Part shown: positions 29,555 through 38,089 of the stretch, one piece after another
How positions within the stretch are numbered: the stretch's first letter is position 1
How the letters are laid out: each line of letters opens with the position of its first letter
NCBI GenBank assembly: GCA_002878065.1
Contig: PNIN01000051.1
Span: 1 to 57,883, forward strand
Direction of reading: 5' to 3'
DNA length: 57,883 nt
Source: Calditerrivibrio nitroreducens
Lineage (GTDB): Bacteria; Chrysiogenota; Deferribacteres; Deferribacterales; Calditerrivibrionaceae
Position numbers and translations under genes: made by a program
Notes under the pieces: generated by a model
The model's database searches: none
What the model was told of the DNA's origin: nothing
What the model saw: only the letters and a program-made list of their open reading frames with translations

Positions 29555-30994
29555 ATGAAAAAGCTAGTGTTTATATTCTTTATATTTTCATACACGCTAG
29601 TTGCATTTGCTGATGGAAATTTCGATCAATTTTTATCCAAAGAGATGGGTGGCTTTAATGAATTCAAAAGTGACTCTGATAAAGGTTTTTATGAATATCT
29701 TAAAACAGGTTGGGAAGAGTTTAAGGCTTTTTCTGCCATCAAAAGGGATGAGAAACCGAAGATTACTAAGCCTCCTGTTGTCAGTGTTAATGAAAAAAAG
29801 ATTAATTTTGAAAAAAATACAAAGTTGTCAAATGATATTGTAATTGATAGAGGTAATCCTGAGAACATTAAAGATCAAAACCCTATTAAATTGGGTGAAC
29901 AGATGGAAAATCATGCCACCAATCAGAGTGTGGAAGATCTTTATAGGATTGATCTGGATTTAAGTAAGTATTCTAAATTGTCTCTTATAGATAAACCTAT
30001 AAAAGCGGAAAAAATTGCAGAAGTATGGAAAAAAATGGCCACAGGAAATTATGACATATTAGTTGAAGAAATTCATAAAAAAGGGAAAAAAATCGGTTTT
30101 GATGATTGGGGATATTTTAAGATAGTGAAAAAAACTGCAGATTTTATATATCCAAATGCTTATAACTCAAGGATTTTGCTTTCGTGGTATATGTTGATGA
30201 AACTGGGGTATGATGTTAAATTAGGATATAATAATGATGCTGTTTATCTTTTGGTTCCATCAAATCAGCAGATCTATGGCGCTCCATTTTTTAATTTTAG
30301 TGGTATCAGATACTATATTATATGGACTGATGGTAGAGATATAAAAACTTTGTATAGTTACACGGGTAAATATCCTGAAGCGGAGCATACGTTTGCATTC
30401 AAGATAGAGTCATTTATGATGCCATTAGATATAAAAAGTAGATCAGTAAAGTTTACATATGCAGGAAAGCAGTATCTATTCAATGTCTATTATAATATAT
30501 CTAATGTAGATTTTTATAGAGATTTTCCTCAGGTAGATCTTTCTGTATATCATAAGGCAGATGTTTCTAAAATGGTTGCAGAATCAGTTTTTAATGGACT
30601 CAGGGATGCTATAGCTGGTAAAAGTGAGGTGGAGGCTGTTAATATAATATTGCGATTTGTGCAGACAGCCTTTGATTATAAGACAGATCAGGATCAGTTC
30701 GGTTATGAAAAATATCTCTTGCCTGATGAAACAGTATTCTATAAATATTCAGATTGTGAAGATAGATCGATCCTATTTTCATATTTAGTGAGAAAATTAA
30801 TGGGTCTTGAGGTAGTTCTTTTAGAATATCCGGGACATATAGCAACTGGGGTGAAATTTAATACAAATTTCAATGGTGATAAGATAAGATACGGTGATAA
30901 GATATATGTAATTTGTGATCCTACGTATATCAATGCTGATGTGGGGATGGCTATGCCTCAATTTAAAAATACCAATCCTAAAATAATTTTTTAA
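29555..30994 (+). CDS. Secreted transglutaminase-like (Cys-His-Asp) protein
   Basis: Signal peptide MKKLVF..AFA; YSDCEDRS, YPGHIATGV, ICDPT. Confidence 0.75.
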   Translation: MKKLVFIFFIFSYTLVAFADGNFDQFLSKEMGGFNEFKSDSDKGFYEYLKTGWEEFKAFSAIKRDEKPKITKPPVVSVNEKKINFEKNTKLSNDIVIDRGNPENIKDQNPIKLGEQMENHATNQSVEDLYRIDLDLSKYSKLSLIDKPIKAEKIAEVWKKMATGNYDILVEEIHKKGKKIGFDDWGYFKIVKKTADFIYPNAYNSRILLSWYMLMKLGYDVKLGYNNDAVYLLVPSNQQIYGAPFFNFSGIRYYIIWTDGRDIKTLYSYTGKYPEAEHTFAFKIESFMMPLDIKSRSVKFTYAGKQYLFNVYYNISNVDFYRDFPQVDLSVYHKADVSKMVAESVFNGLRDAIAGKSEVEAVNIILRFVQTAFDYKTDQDQFGYEKYLLPDETVFYKYSDCEDRSILFSYLVRKLMGLEVVLLEYPGHIATGVKFNTNFNGDKIRYGDKIYVICDPTYINADVGMAMPQFKNTNPKIIF

Positions 30995-31000
30995 AAAGAG

Positions 31001-31028
31001 TTGACAATTGGCAAAGTAAGATTAAAAT
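31001..31028 (+). promoter_or_regulatory. Internal promoter for the LPP20 lipoprotein
   Basis: TTGACA-16-TAAAAT, with GGAGG SD downstream. Confidence 0.6.
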
Positions 31029-31068
31029 AAAAAAAAGAGGTTGCCAATAAAAAAGTGGAGGGACACTT

Positions 31069-31650
31069 ATGAAGAAAAAAATTTTGCTTTTGGTATCATT
31101 GGTTTTGACAGCAATTTTGGTATTATCCGGTTGTGGTGAAAAGAAACCACAAAAACTGGCCAACCCATGTTTTGAAGGTGCTCCAAACTGGGTGATCGAT
31201 CCTACTATGGAAGGTGGTATCACAGGTTTAGGATCTGCTAAGATCGGACCAGCTGGTATCTCGTTTGCTCGTCAGGAAGCTACTGCTGCGGCAAGGGATG
31301 AAATGGCAAGAAACATAAGCGTGAAGGTAAACAACATGTTCAAAAGCTTTACTCAAACCACAGGTATTGGGGATGCCCAGACAGTTGACAAAGTTGCCAG
31401 CAATGTTTCTAAGCAGGTTGCAAGCCAGTTGATCGAAGGTAGTAAAGTAAAAAATCAGTGGATCTCTCCAGCATGTAATGAGCTCTTTGTACTTGTCGTC
31501 CAGGATCCAAATATTGCTAAACAGGCTGTGAAACAGGCAGTTAACACCAGCTTGAAAAATGAACAGGCTTTGTGGCAGCTCTATCAGGCCAAAAAAGCCA
31601 CAGAAGAAATGGATAAAGAGATCGAAAAAGAATTTGGAGCTAATAAGTAG
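31069..31650 (+). CDS. LPP20-family lipoprotein
   Basis: Lipobox LSGC, GAPNWV, ARQEATAAARDEMAR, VSKQVASQLIEGS. Confidence 0.85.
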   Translation: MKKKILLLVSLVLTAILVLSGCGEKKPQKLANPCFEGAPNWVIDPTMEGGITGLGSAKIGPAGISFARQEATAAARDEMARNISVKVNNMFKSFTQTTGIGDAQTVDKVASNVSKQVASQLIEGSKVKNQWISPACNELFVLVVQDPNIAKQAVKQAVNTSLKNEQALWQLYQAKKATEEMDKEIEKEFGANK

Positions 31651-31670
31651 CGATTTCAGCACAATCTATT

Positions 31671-31703
31671 TAGGGTAGCCATCACAGGCTGCCCTATTTT
31701 TTT
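31671..31703 (+). terminator. Rho-independent terminator
   Basis: TAGGGTAGCC/GGCTGCCCTA stem plus T7. Confidence 0.85.
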
Positions 31704-31714
31704 ACGGAGTTATT

Positions 31715-32122
31715 ATGAAAAAAATAGTTGTACTTATTTTTTCGATTTTTGTTTTATCGTGTTATCACGAAGCTAAATATAACAATAGTGAGTATTCTGG
31801 TACTCCGGATTGGGTTTACGGTAATGCCCCTTCTGATAAAGTATGTTATGTCGGTAGTGCCATGCCACATGTGAGTGGTAAACCATACCAGAGGGCACTT
31901 GCAGTTTCAAGGGCCATTGAAGGTATTGCAAGGCAAAAGAATGTTAAGGTAAATGTAGAATTGGAAAGCTTTATGACCGGGACTAGTCAATCAGCAAGTA
32001 CCTCTATGAATGTTTATAGTGTGCAAACCACAGAAGGTGCAACTGTAAGTGCCAAGATTGAAAAGGTCTGGATCAATCCTAATAACGATGAGATCTTTAT
32101 TTTGATGTGTGAGGGAAAGTAG
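31715..32122 (+). CDS. LPP20-like lipoprotein
   Basis: Lipobox VLSC, TPDWV, VGSA, RALAVSRAIEGIARQ. Confidence 0.7.
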   Translation: MKKIVVLIFSIFVLSCYHEAKYNNSEYSGTPDWVYGNAPSDKVCYVGSAMPHVSGKPYQRALAVSRAIEGIARQKNVKVNVELESFMTGTSQSASTSMNVYSVQTTEGATVSAKIEKVWINPNNDEIFILMCEGK

Positions 32123-32131
32123 AGGTAAAGA

Positions 32132-33274
32132 TTGAAAAAGTTAGCGTGGTTATTTATCATTTCAATACTGCTTTTTTTAAATAGTATTGTTTTTGCAGAT
32201 GACTACTTAAAAGAGATTGATGATTTTGAAAAGTACAAAAAACAGGTAAATGATGATTTTGCAAAGTACCTAGAGATTGTAAATAGAGAGTTTGATAATT
32301 TTAAAAAAGAGGTATACAAAGAGTGGGGGGATTACCTTATACCATCCAAAACTAAATGGGTTGAATATTCATCTGATTTTAAAGTGAGAAGCATTGTGGA
32401 TTTTGAAAAAAATAGATTAACAATCCAGGTAAAAACCGATACAAAATCTGACGGAAAAGATTTAATAAAAAAACAGGTGGAAAAGGTCGCAAATGAAACC
32501 ATAAAAGATGCATTTTATGGTAGTAAGCCGCTTGTAAATATTGAAAAGAAATCAAAGGAACAGTTTAAAGGATCTTCATCTTCAACATTGCCAGATAATA
32601 AGATCGTTGGCGATTTCATTAAAGAAAGTGATGGTAATAAATCTGTTGACAATATCTTGCAGAACGGAAGTTTTAGCTATTCCTATGACAAAAAAGGTAA
32701 CAAAATTGCCACGTTTAGTGTTCAAATTAAAGCTTCAGATAGAGAAAAAGCTTTAAAATTTAAAGCTTTTGTGGATGAATACGCCAGAAGATACAACCTT
32801 GAGCCATCTTTGATATATGCAGTTATCCATACAGAAAGCTATTTCAATCCTATGGCCACATCTCCTGCTCCAGCGTATGGATTGATGCAGATTATACCAA
32901 CTCAGGCGGGAAAAGATGCAGCCAGAATACTTTTTGGTTCCCCATTAATCTTATTGCCATCTTTTCTCTACAATCCGGAAAACAATATCAATGTTGGGGC
33001 AACATATATTAATCTAATAAAAGAAAATTACATTAAGGAGATAAAAGATGATAAAAGCAGATTGTATGTGGCTATAGTAGGTTATAATGTGGGTTTAAGA
33101 AATGTTTACAGAGTTTTTTCTCCTGATGGTGACCCAAAAAAGGCTTTTTACGAAATTAATAGGTTGTCATCTGAAGAAGTTTATGCTAAAATCTCGAAAA
33201 ATCTACCCCAGAGAGGTGGTGTGGATTACCTAATAAAAATTTTATCCAGAATGGATTATTACAAGGATTTATAA
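32132..33274 (+). CDS. MltC-like lytic transglycosylase (DUF3393 + SLT)
   Basis: WVEYS..RSIVDFE N-domain; IHTESYFNP, GLMQI, YNVG SLT motifs. Confidence 0.88.
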   Translation: MKKLAWLFIISILLFLNSIVFADDYLKEIDDFEKYKKQVNDDFAKYLEIVNREFDNFKKEVYKEWGDYLIPSKTKWVEYSSDFKVRSIVDFEKNRLTIQVKTDTKSDGKDLIKKQVEKVANETIKDAFYGSKPLVNIEKKSKEQFKGSSSSTLPDNKIVGDFIKESDGNKSVDNILQNGSFSYSYDKKGNKIATFSVQIKASDREKALKFKAFVDEYARRYNLEPSLIYAVIHTESYFNPMATSPAPAYGLMQIIPTQAGKDAARILFGSPLILLPSFLYNPENNINVGATYINLIKENYIKEIKDDKSRLYVAIVGYNVGLRNVYRVFSPDGDPKKAFYEINRLSSEEVYAKISKNLPQRGGVDYLIKILSRMDYYKDL

Positions 33275-33297
33275 AATAAATTTATTAAGGAGATTTT

Positions 33298-34299
33298 ATG
33301 GCTATTAGAAAAGGCGTGACAAATTTATCAAGATTTCTTCTGGAGGAGCAGAGGAATTTTCCGGAAGCCACAGGGGATTTTACTCTCATTCTTGAACAGA
33401 TAGCTTTTGCTGCCAAAATTATAAGCAGAGAGGTTAATAAGGCAGGTATTGTAAACATTCTGGGGAAAGCCGACTCATCAAATATTCATGGGGAGCAGCA
33501 GCAGAAATTGGATGTCTTTGCAAATGAAAAGATGATACAGGCCCTTGATCACACTGGTAAGATATGTGCTATGGCTTCCGAAGAGGTAGATGATATCATA
33601 AATATACCAAGTAAATACCCTAAAGGTAAGTATCTTGTTGTATTTGATCCTCTGGATGGATCAAGTAATATAGATGTAAATATTAGTATTGGTACGATAT
33701 TTGGGGTTTATAAGAGGGTTTCTTCCGAAGGGGATGGTTTTAGACAGGACTTTATACAGCCTGGGAGAAATCTTGTGGCGGCTGGATATGTGATTTATGG
33801 TTCCAGTACGATGTTTGTCTATACCACAGGTAGAGGGGTAAACGGCTTCACACTTGATCCAAGTGTTGGGGAGTTTTTGTTGTCTCATGAAAATATGGTC
33901 ACACCAGAATTTGGATCTATTTATAGTATAAATGAGGCTAATTATCATAAATGGGATGAAAGGATTAGAAATTATGTTGAACACCTCAAAAACTTAAAAG
34001 AAAGACAGTATACTTCAAGGTACATAGGTTCTTTAGTGGCGGATTTTCATAGAAATCTATTGAAAGGTGGGGTCTTTTTGTACCCAGGTGATAATAAAAA
34101 TCCGAGGGGTAAGCTAAGACTTCTTTATGAAGCATGTCCTCTTGCTTTTATTGTTGAGCAGGCTGGCGGGTTGGCTGTGGATGGAGATAATAATATTCTG
34201 GATATTATACCTGAAAATTTACACCAGAAAACTCCTTTGATTATAGGGTCAAAATTCGAAGTGGAGCTTTTTAAAAAATACTGGAGTAAAGAGCTTTAA
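33298..34299 (+). CDS. fbp: Fructose-1,6-bisphosphatase class 1
   Basis: FDPLDGSSNID, RYIGSLVADFHR, GKLRLLYE. Confidence 0.97.
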   Translation: MAIRKGVTNLSRFLLEEQRNFPEATGDFTLILEQIAFAAKIISREVNKAGIVNILGKADSSNIHGEQQQKLDVFANEKMIQALDHTGKICAMASEEVDDIINIPSKYPKGKYLVVFDPLDGSSNIDVNISIGTIFGVYKRVSSEGDGFRQDFIQPGRNLVAAGYVIYGSSTMFVYTTGRGVNGFTLDPSVGEFLLSHENMVTPEFGSIYSINEANYHKWDERIRNYVEHLKNLKERQYTSRYIGSLVADFHRNLLKGGVFLYPGDNKNPRGKLRLLYEACPLAFIVEQAGGLAVDGDNNILDIIPENLHQKTPLIIGSKFEVELFKKYWSKEL

Positions 34300-34304
34300 A
34301 CATT

Positions 34305-35147
34305 ATGATCCTGGGTGCACATGAATCTATAGCCGGTGGAATTTACAATAGTATAAAAAGAGGATTTGATGATGGTGCAGAATCTCTCCAGATCTTCGTA
34401 AAAAGCTCAAATCGATGGTTTGACAAACCTTTAAAAGAGTCTGATGTTGAAAAATATTTTACTTCACTATCTAAATATGGTTTTCTGAATACAAATGTTT
34501 GTGCTCATAGCTCTTATCTGATAAATTTGGCTTCTGAAGGGGAAACGTATGAGAAATCATACAATTCAATGAAGGATGAGCTTATTAGATGTGATGTACT
34601 CAAGATACCTTATTACATCATTCATCCAGGTTCACATCTGGGAGTTGGTGTGGAAGAAGGTCTTAAAAGGGTGATAAAATTTGTCGATAAATTGTATGAG
34701 GAGAATGGATTTAGGGTAATGACGCTATTTGAGACTACGGCGGGTCAGGGAACAAACCTTGGGTCAAGACTTGAAGAGATTGAGTATCTAATAGAAAACT
34801 CAAGATTTTCTGCAAAACTGGGGATTTGTTTGGATAGCTGTCATCTTTATTCTGCTGGGTATGACATTTTAAATAATTATGATGGTGTGTTTGATGATAT
34901 ATTGAAGAGATTTGGAGATAAAGTTAAAGTTTTTCATATAAACGATACAAAAAAAGGTTTAGGGAGTAGGGTTGATAGGCATGAACTCATAGGAAAGGGT
35001 TTGTTGGGATTGGAGTTTTTTAGGAAGTTGGTAAACGATAAAAGATTCGATAATATGTTGGGTATCCTCGAAACTCCTGTCTCAGACATCCATACGTATA
35101 AAAATGAGCTTGAGATTTTAAAAACTTTAATAGATAATGGAGGCTGA
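34305..35147 (+). CDS. nfo: Endonuclease IV
   Basis: HSSYLINL, HPGSH, ETTAGQG, CLDSCH, HINDTK..DRHE. Confidence 0.96.
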   Translation: MILGAHESIAGGIYNSIKRGFDDGAESLQIFVKSSNRWFDKPLKESDVEKYFTSLSKYGFLNTNVCAHSSYLINLASEGETYEKSYNSMKDELIRCDVLKIPYYIIHPGSHLGVGVEEGLKRVIKFVDKLYEENGFRVMTLFETTAGQGTNLGSRLEEIEYLIENSRFSAKLGICLDSCHLYSAGYDILNNYDGVFDDILKRFGDKVKVFHINDTKKGLGSRVDRHELIGKGLLGLEFFRKLVNDKRFDNMLGILETPVSDIHTYKNELEILKTLIDNGG

Positions 35148-35451
35148 TATGGATCCGATAACAGTTAATATCGTAGGACAAAATGAGGTTTCGATAAAAG
35201 GGAACCTATCCTCACTGGAGGATTATACAAAAATAAGAGATACAATAAATGAGCTTGTGGCAAATGGCGTTAAGGATATCTTTGTGGATTTCATTGACTC
35301 CAAGACCATTATGTCATCCCTTTTAGGTTTTTTTATGAAGCTGGTAAACTATGATAAAGTTTTTGTGCATATTAAAGTTGGTTCTCCTGAGCTCTATAAG
35401 AGTTTGCAAACCATGCATCTCTTAGAAATATTTGATGTAAAGATGAGGTAG
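35137..35451 (+). CDS. STAS-domain protein
   Basis: ~100 aa; VDF..IMSSLLGFFM resembles the STAS DSS-G motif. Confidence 0.65.
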   Translation: MEADMDPITVNIVGQNEVSIKGNLSSLEDYTKIRDTINELVANGVKDIFVDFIDSKTIMSSLLGFFMKLVNYDKVFVHIKVGSPELYKSLQTMHLLEIFDVKMR

Positions 35452-35454
35452 CAT

Positions 35455-38004
35455 ACGTTTAATTTTAATCGGTTTAAGAGTATTAATTTTTTAATCTGGT
35501 TTGGTACTTTTTTCATATCTTTTGCAGGATTCAGTATAGGTGTAGGTGTCTCTTTGTTTCTCTGCTATAACCTTTCTCTGAAGAATTTTTTTGTAACATC
35601 TGATGTTATCTCTACAAATCTAAATAGATCAATTATTGATGTTATGAATAAAGATTTCAAACAGGGGGAGTTGAAACGTTTTGTGAAAGAGTATGATGGT
35701 AGTAAGTATGGTTACCCTTATACTCTTGAAATCTATGGTGTTAAAAAGAAAGGAAAAAAGTTTAAATACTATGAATCTTCCGAAGCTGCAACTTTTGCTT
35801 ATAAAAATTCTGAAAAATATTTTATGAAAGGAAAAGATTATCTTGTCTATGCTTACCCACTAAAGCTTACTGAAAACTGTATGTCCTGTCACCAAAATGA
35901 AAAAGTAGGAGATATACTGGCCATTTTGACAATTAATTATGATTTGAAGCCTTTATTTAAAGAATTTAATAGAAAGATGATATTTTACTTTTTTATTCTC
36001 TTCCCGATACCTTTGATTTTCGCATTCTTTTTATCCAGGTATATTTCTAAAAAACTCAGAATGAAATTCAATAGATTGGCTACGATTGTTGAAAATGTTA
36101 ATACTGTAAAAGATTTAAAGAAAGTATCAGTGGAGCCCATAGATTTTGGATTTGTTGAGTTTAATAAAGTTGTGGAGCATATTAACGATCTTACCCAAAA
36201 AATAAGAAATTTTGCTGTTGATAAAGATATCCTTGAATTTGAGATCAAAATCCTTGAAAAGTTTATTATCACATCTGAGGTTATAAAAGACTGGAAAGAA
36301 ACTGTAAAAAATTTACTTTTGGAAGTTAACAAGTTGATGGAAACGTATGCAATATTTTCCCTTTTTAAGGTTGATGATGAGATGTTGTCACTTGAGATAT
36401 TCTGGCTTAAAAAGCCGTCTTTAAATACAATAGAATTGACTGAAAAATTTATAACTAAGAAGATTAAGGAAAACGTTAGCTTTTTTAGTGATGTGACTGA
36501 CTTGAGGTTGGAGCATAATATCGCTGATAATAATTCTTACCTAAAAGAGCTTACTGAGGAAGATATAGCTATACAGACTAAATCTCTCATTCTGGATGCA
36601 CCCAGAATTGGTGGGGTTGTGGGGATTGGTGTACACTCTGAAATGGCAATGGATAATATACATGGATTAGTCATTGAAGGTATTCTTGCCACTCTTATGA
36701 ATGTGGTTGGATCTGTGAAAGCAATGGCGAAATATACCAAACAGCTTGAGTACTACACAACAAGAGACCCCCTCACAAACCTTTTCAATCAAAGGGTATT
36801 CTGGGAAGTTTTGGGGTATGAGGTAGGTAGGGCTTCCCGAAATAATTATAAGTTTTCGATTCTTCTGGTGGACATAGATAATTTTAAGTCCATAAACGAT
36901 TCTTACGGACATTCTATTGGTGATTACATCATTTCTGAGATGGCTGGTATTATAAGGCAATGTCTTAGAAAAGGGGATATTCTTGCAAGATATAGTGGGG
37001 ATCAATTTGTGGCAATTCTTCCAGATGCTGGTGAAGAGCAGGCTTTTAATGTGGGTAAAAGGATTCAGGATACAGTATTTGCCCATACTTTCAAATCGGT
37101 TGATGATAAGGATATAAGGTTAACTATTTCTGCTGGGATAGCTATATATCCAGATCATGCAGATAATGCCAAAGATCTTTTTATCTTTGCCGATAACGTC
37201 CTAAAAAGAGCCAAAGATGAGGGTAAAAACCTTGTGGTTATACCTACACAGGAAGAGGTCTATGAGGTTTTTAAAGCTATTACTGAGAAGACGATAATTG
37301 TAACAAAGGCGGTGAACGAAAGAAGAATCTTACCATATTTCCAGCCTATCATAAGAAATTCCACTGGGGTAATAGAATGCTGTGAAGTGTTAAGCAGAAT
37401 TGATACTCCGGAAGGTATTTTAAATGCCTATGAATTTATAGAGATTGCTGAAAAAATAAACCTTATTTCAAGATTGGATATAATTCTACTTGAGAATGCC
37501 ATAATAGAAGTTGTAAAATCTAATTTTAAGGGTTTGCTGTTTGTAAATCTATCACCAAGATCTCTTGTGATGAGTGAATTTATACCTGAAGTGATGCGGA
37601 TAACAAAAGAGTATAATTTTGATAGATCACGAATAGTTTTCGAGATCACCGAGCGTGAGACTGTAAAGAATCTATCCTTGCTGGAGAAGTTTATTGCCAA
37701 TCTCAGAGTGGAAGGTTTTAAATTTGCTATAGATGATTTTGGGTCAGGTTTCTGCTCTTTTCAATATCTTAGAAGGTTTCCCGTAGATTTTATAAAAATA
37801 GAAGGGGAATTTGTAAGAAATATACTAAACGATAGAAAAGATCATATACTGGTAAAAACATTGAGTATAATAGCAAGAGAGTTTGACATAAAAACAATTG
37901 CAGAGTATGTTGAGAGTAAGGAACTCTTAGACGAGATGAAAAATCTTGGGATAACTTATTCACAGGGGTACTTCATCGGTAAACCATCACCAAATCTGCC
38001 TTAG
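35455..38004 (+). CDS. Membrane sensor with heme-c motif + GGDEF-EAL
   Basis: Two TMs around a CMSCH-containing domain; RYSGDQF GGDEF variant; EVL, DDFGSG, QGY EAL motifs. Start uncertain (ACG 35455 vs TTG 35554). Confidence 0.85.
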   Translation, partial: TFNFNRFKSINFLIWFGTFFISFAGFSIGVGVSLFLCYNLSLKNFFVTSDVISTNLNRSIIDVMNKDFKQGELKRFVKEYDGSKYGYPYTLEIYGVKKKGKKFKYYESSEAATFAYKNSEKYFMKGKDYLVYAYPLKLTENCMSCHQNEKVGDILAILTINYDLKPLFKEFNRKMIFYFFILFPIPLIFAFFLSRYISKKLRMKFNRLATIVENVNTVKDLKKVSVEPIDFGFVEFNKVVEHINDLTQKIRNFAVDKDILEFEIKILEKFIITSEVIKDWKETVKNLLLEVNKLMETYAIFSLFKVDDEMLSLEIFWLKKPSLNTIELTEKFITKKIKENVSFFSDVTDLRLEHNIADNNSYLKELTEEDIAIQTKSLILDAPRIGGVVGIGVHSEMAMDNIHGLVIEGILATLMNVVGSVKAMAKYTKQLEYYTTRDPLTNLFNQRVFWEVLGYEVGRASRNNYKFSILLVDIDNFKSINDSYGHSIGDYIISEMAGIIRQCLRKGDILARYSGDQFVAILPDAGEEQAFNVGKRIQDTVFAHTFKSVDDKDIRLTISAGIAIYPDHADNAKDLFIFADNVLKRAKDEGKNLVVIPTQEEVYEVFKAITEKTIIVTKAVNERRILPYFQPIIRNSTGVIECCEVLSRIDTPEGILNAYEFIEIAEKINLISRLDIILLENAIIEVVKSNFKGLLFVNLSPRSLVMSEFIPEVMRITKEYNFDRSRIVFEITERETVKNLSLLEKFIANLRVEGFKFAIDDFGSGFCSFQYLRRFPVDFIKIEGEFVRNILNDRKDHILVKTLSIIAREFDIKTIAEYVESKELLDEMKNLGITYSQGYFIGKPSPNLP

Positions 38005-38050
38005 ATTTTAAGTAAAATTTGTGAATTTTATAATATATTGATGATAAAAG

Positions 38051-38081
38051 TACTCAGAGCTTTGGATATTAGCCCTGAGTA
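38051..38081. terminator. Hairpin between convergent genes
   Basis: TACTCAG.GCT / AGC.CTGAGTA. Confidence 0.5.
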
Positions 38082-38089
38082 GATTTGGA

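Noticed and set aside
29555-38004. LapG/LapD pair (transglutaminase-like protein + GGDEF-EAL)
   Set aside because: Genes are separated by fbp and nfo, the EAL looks catalytically intact, and no adhesin or T1SS is present
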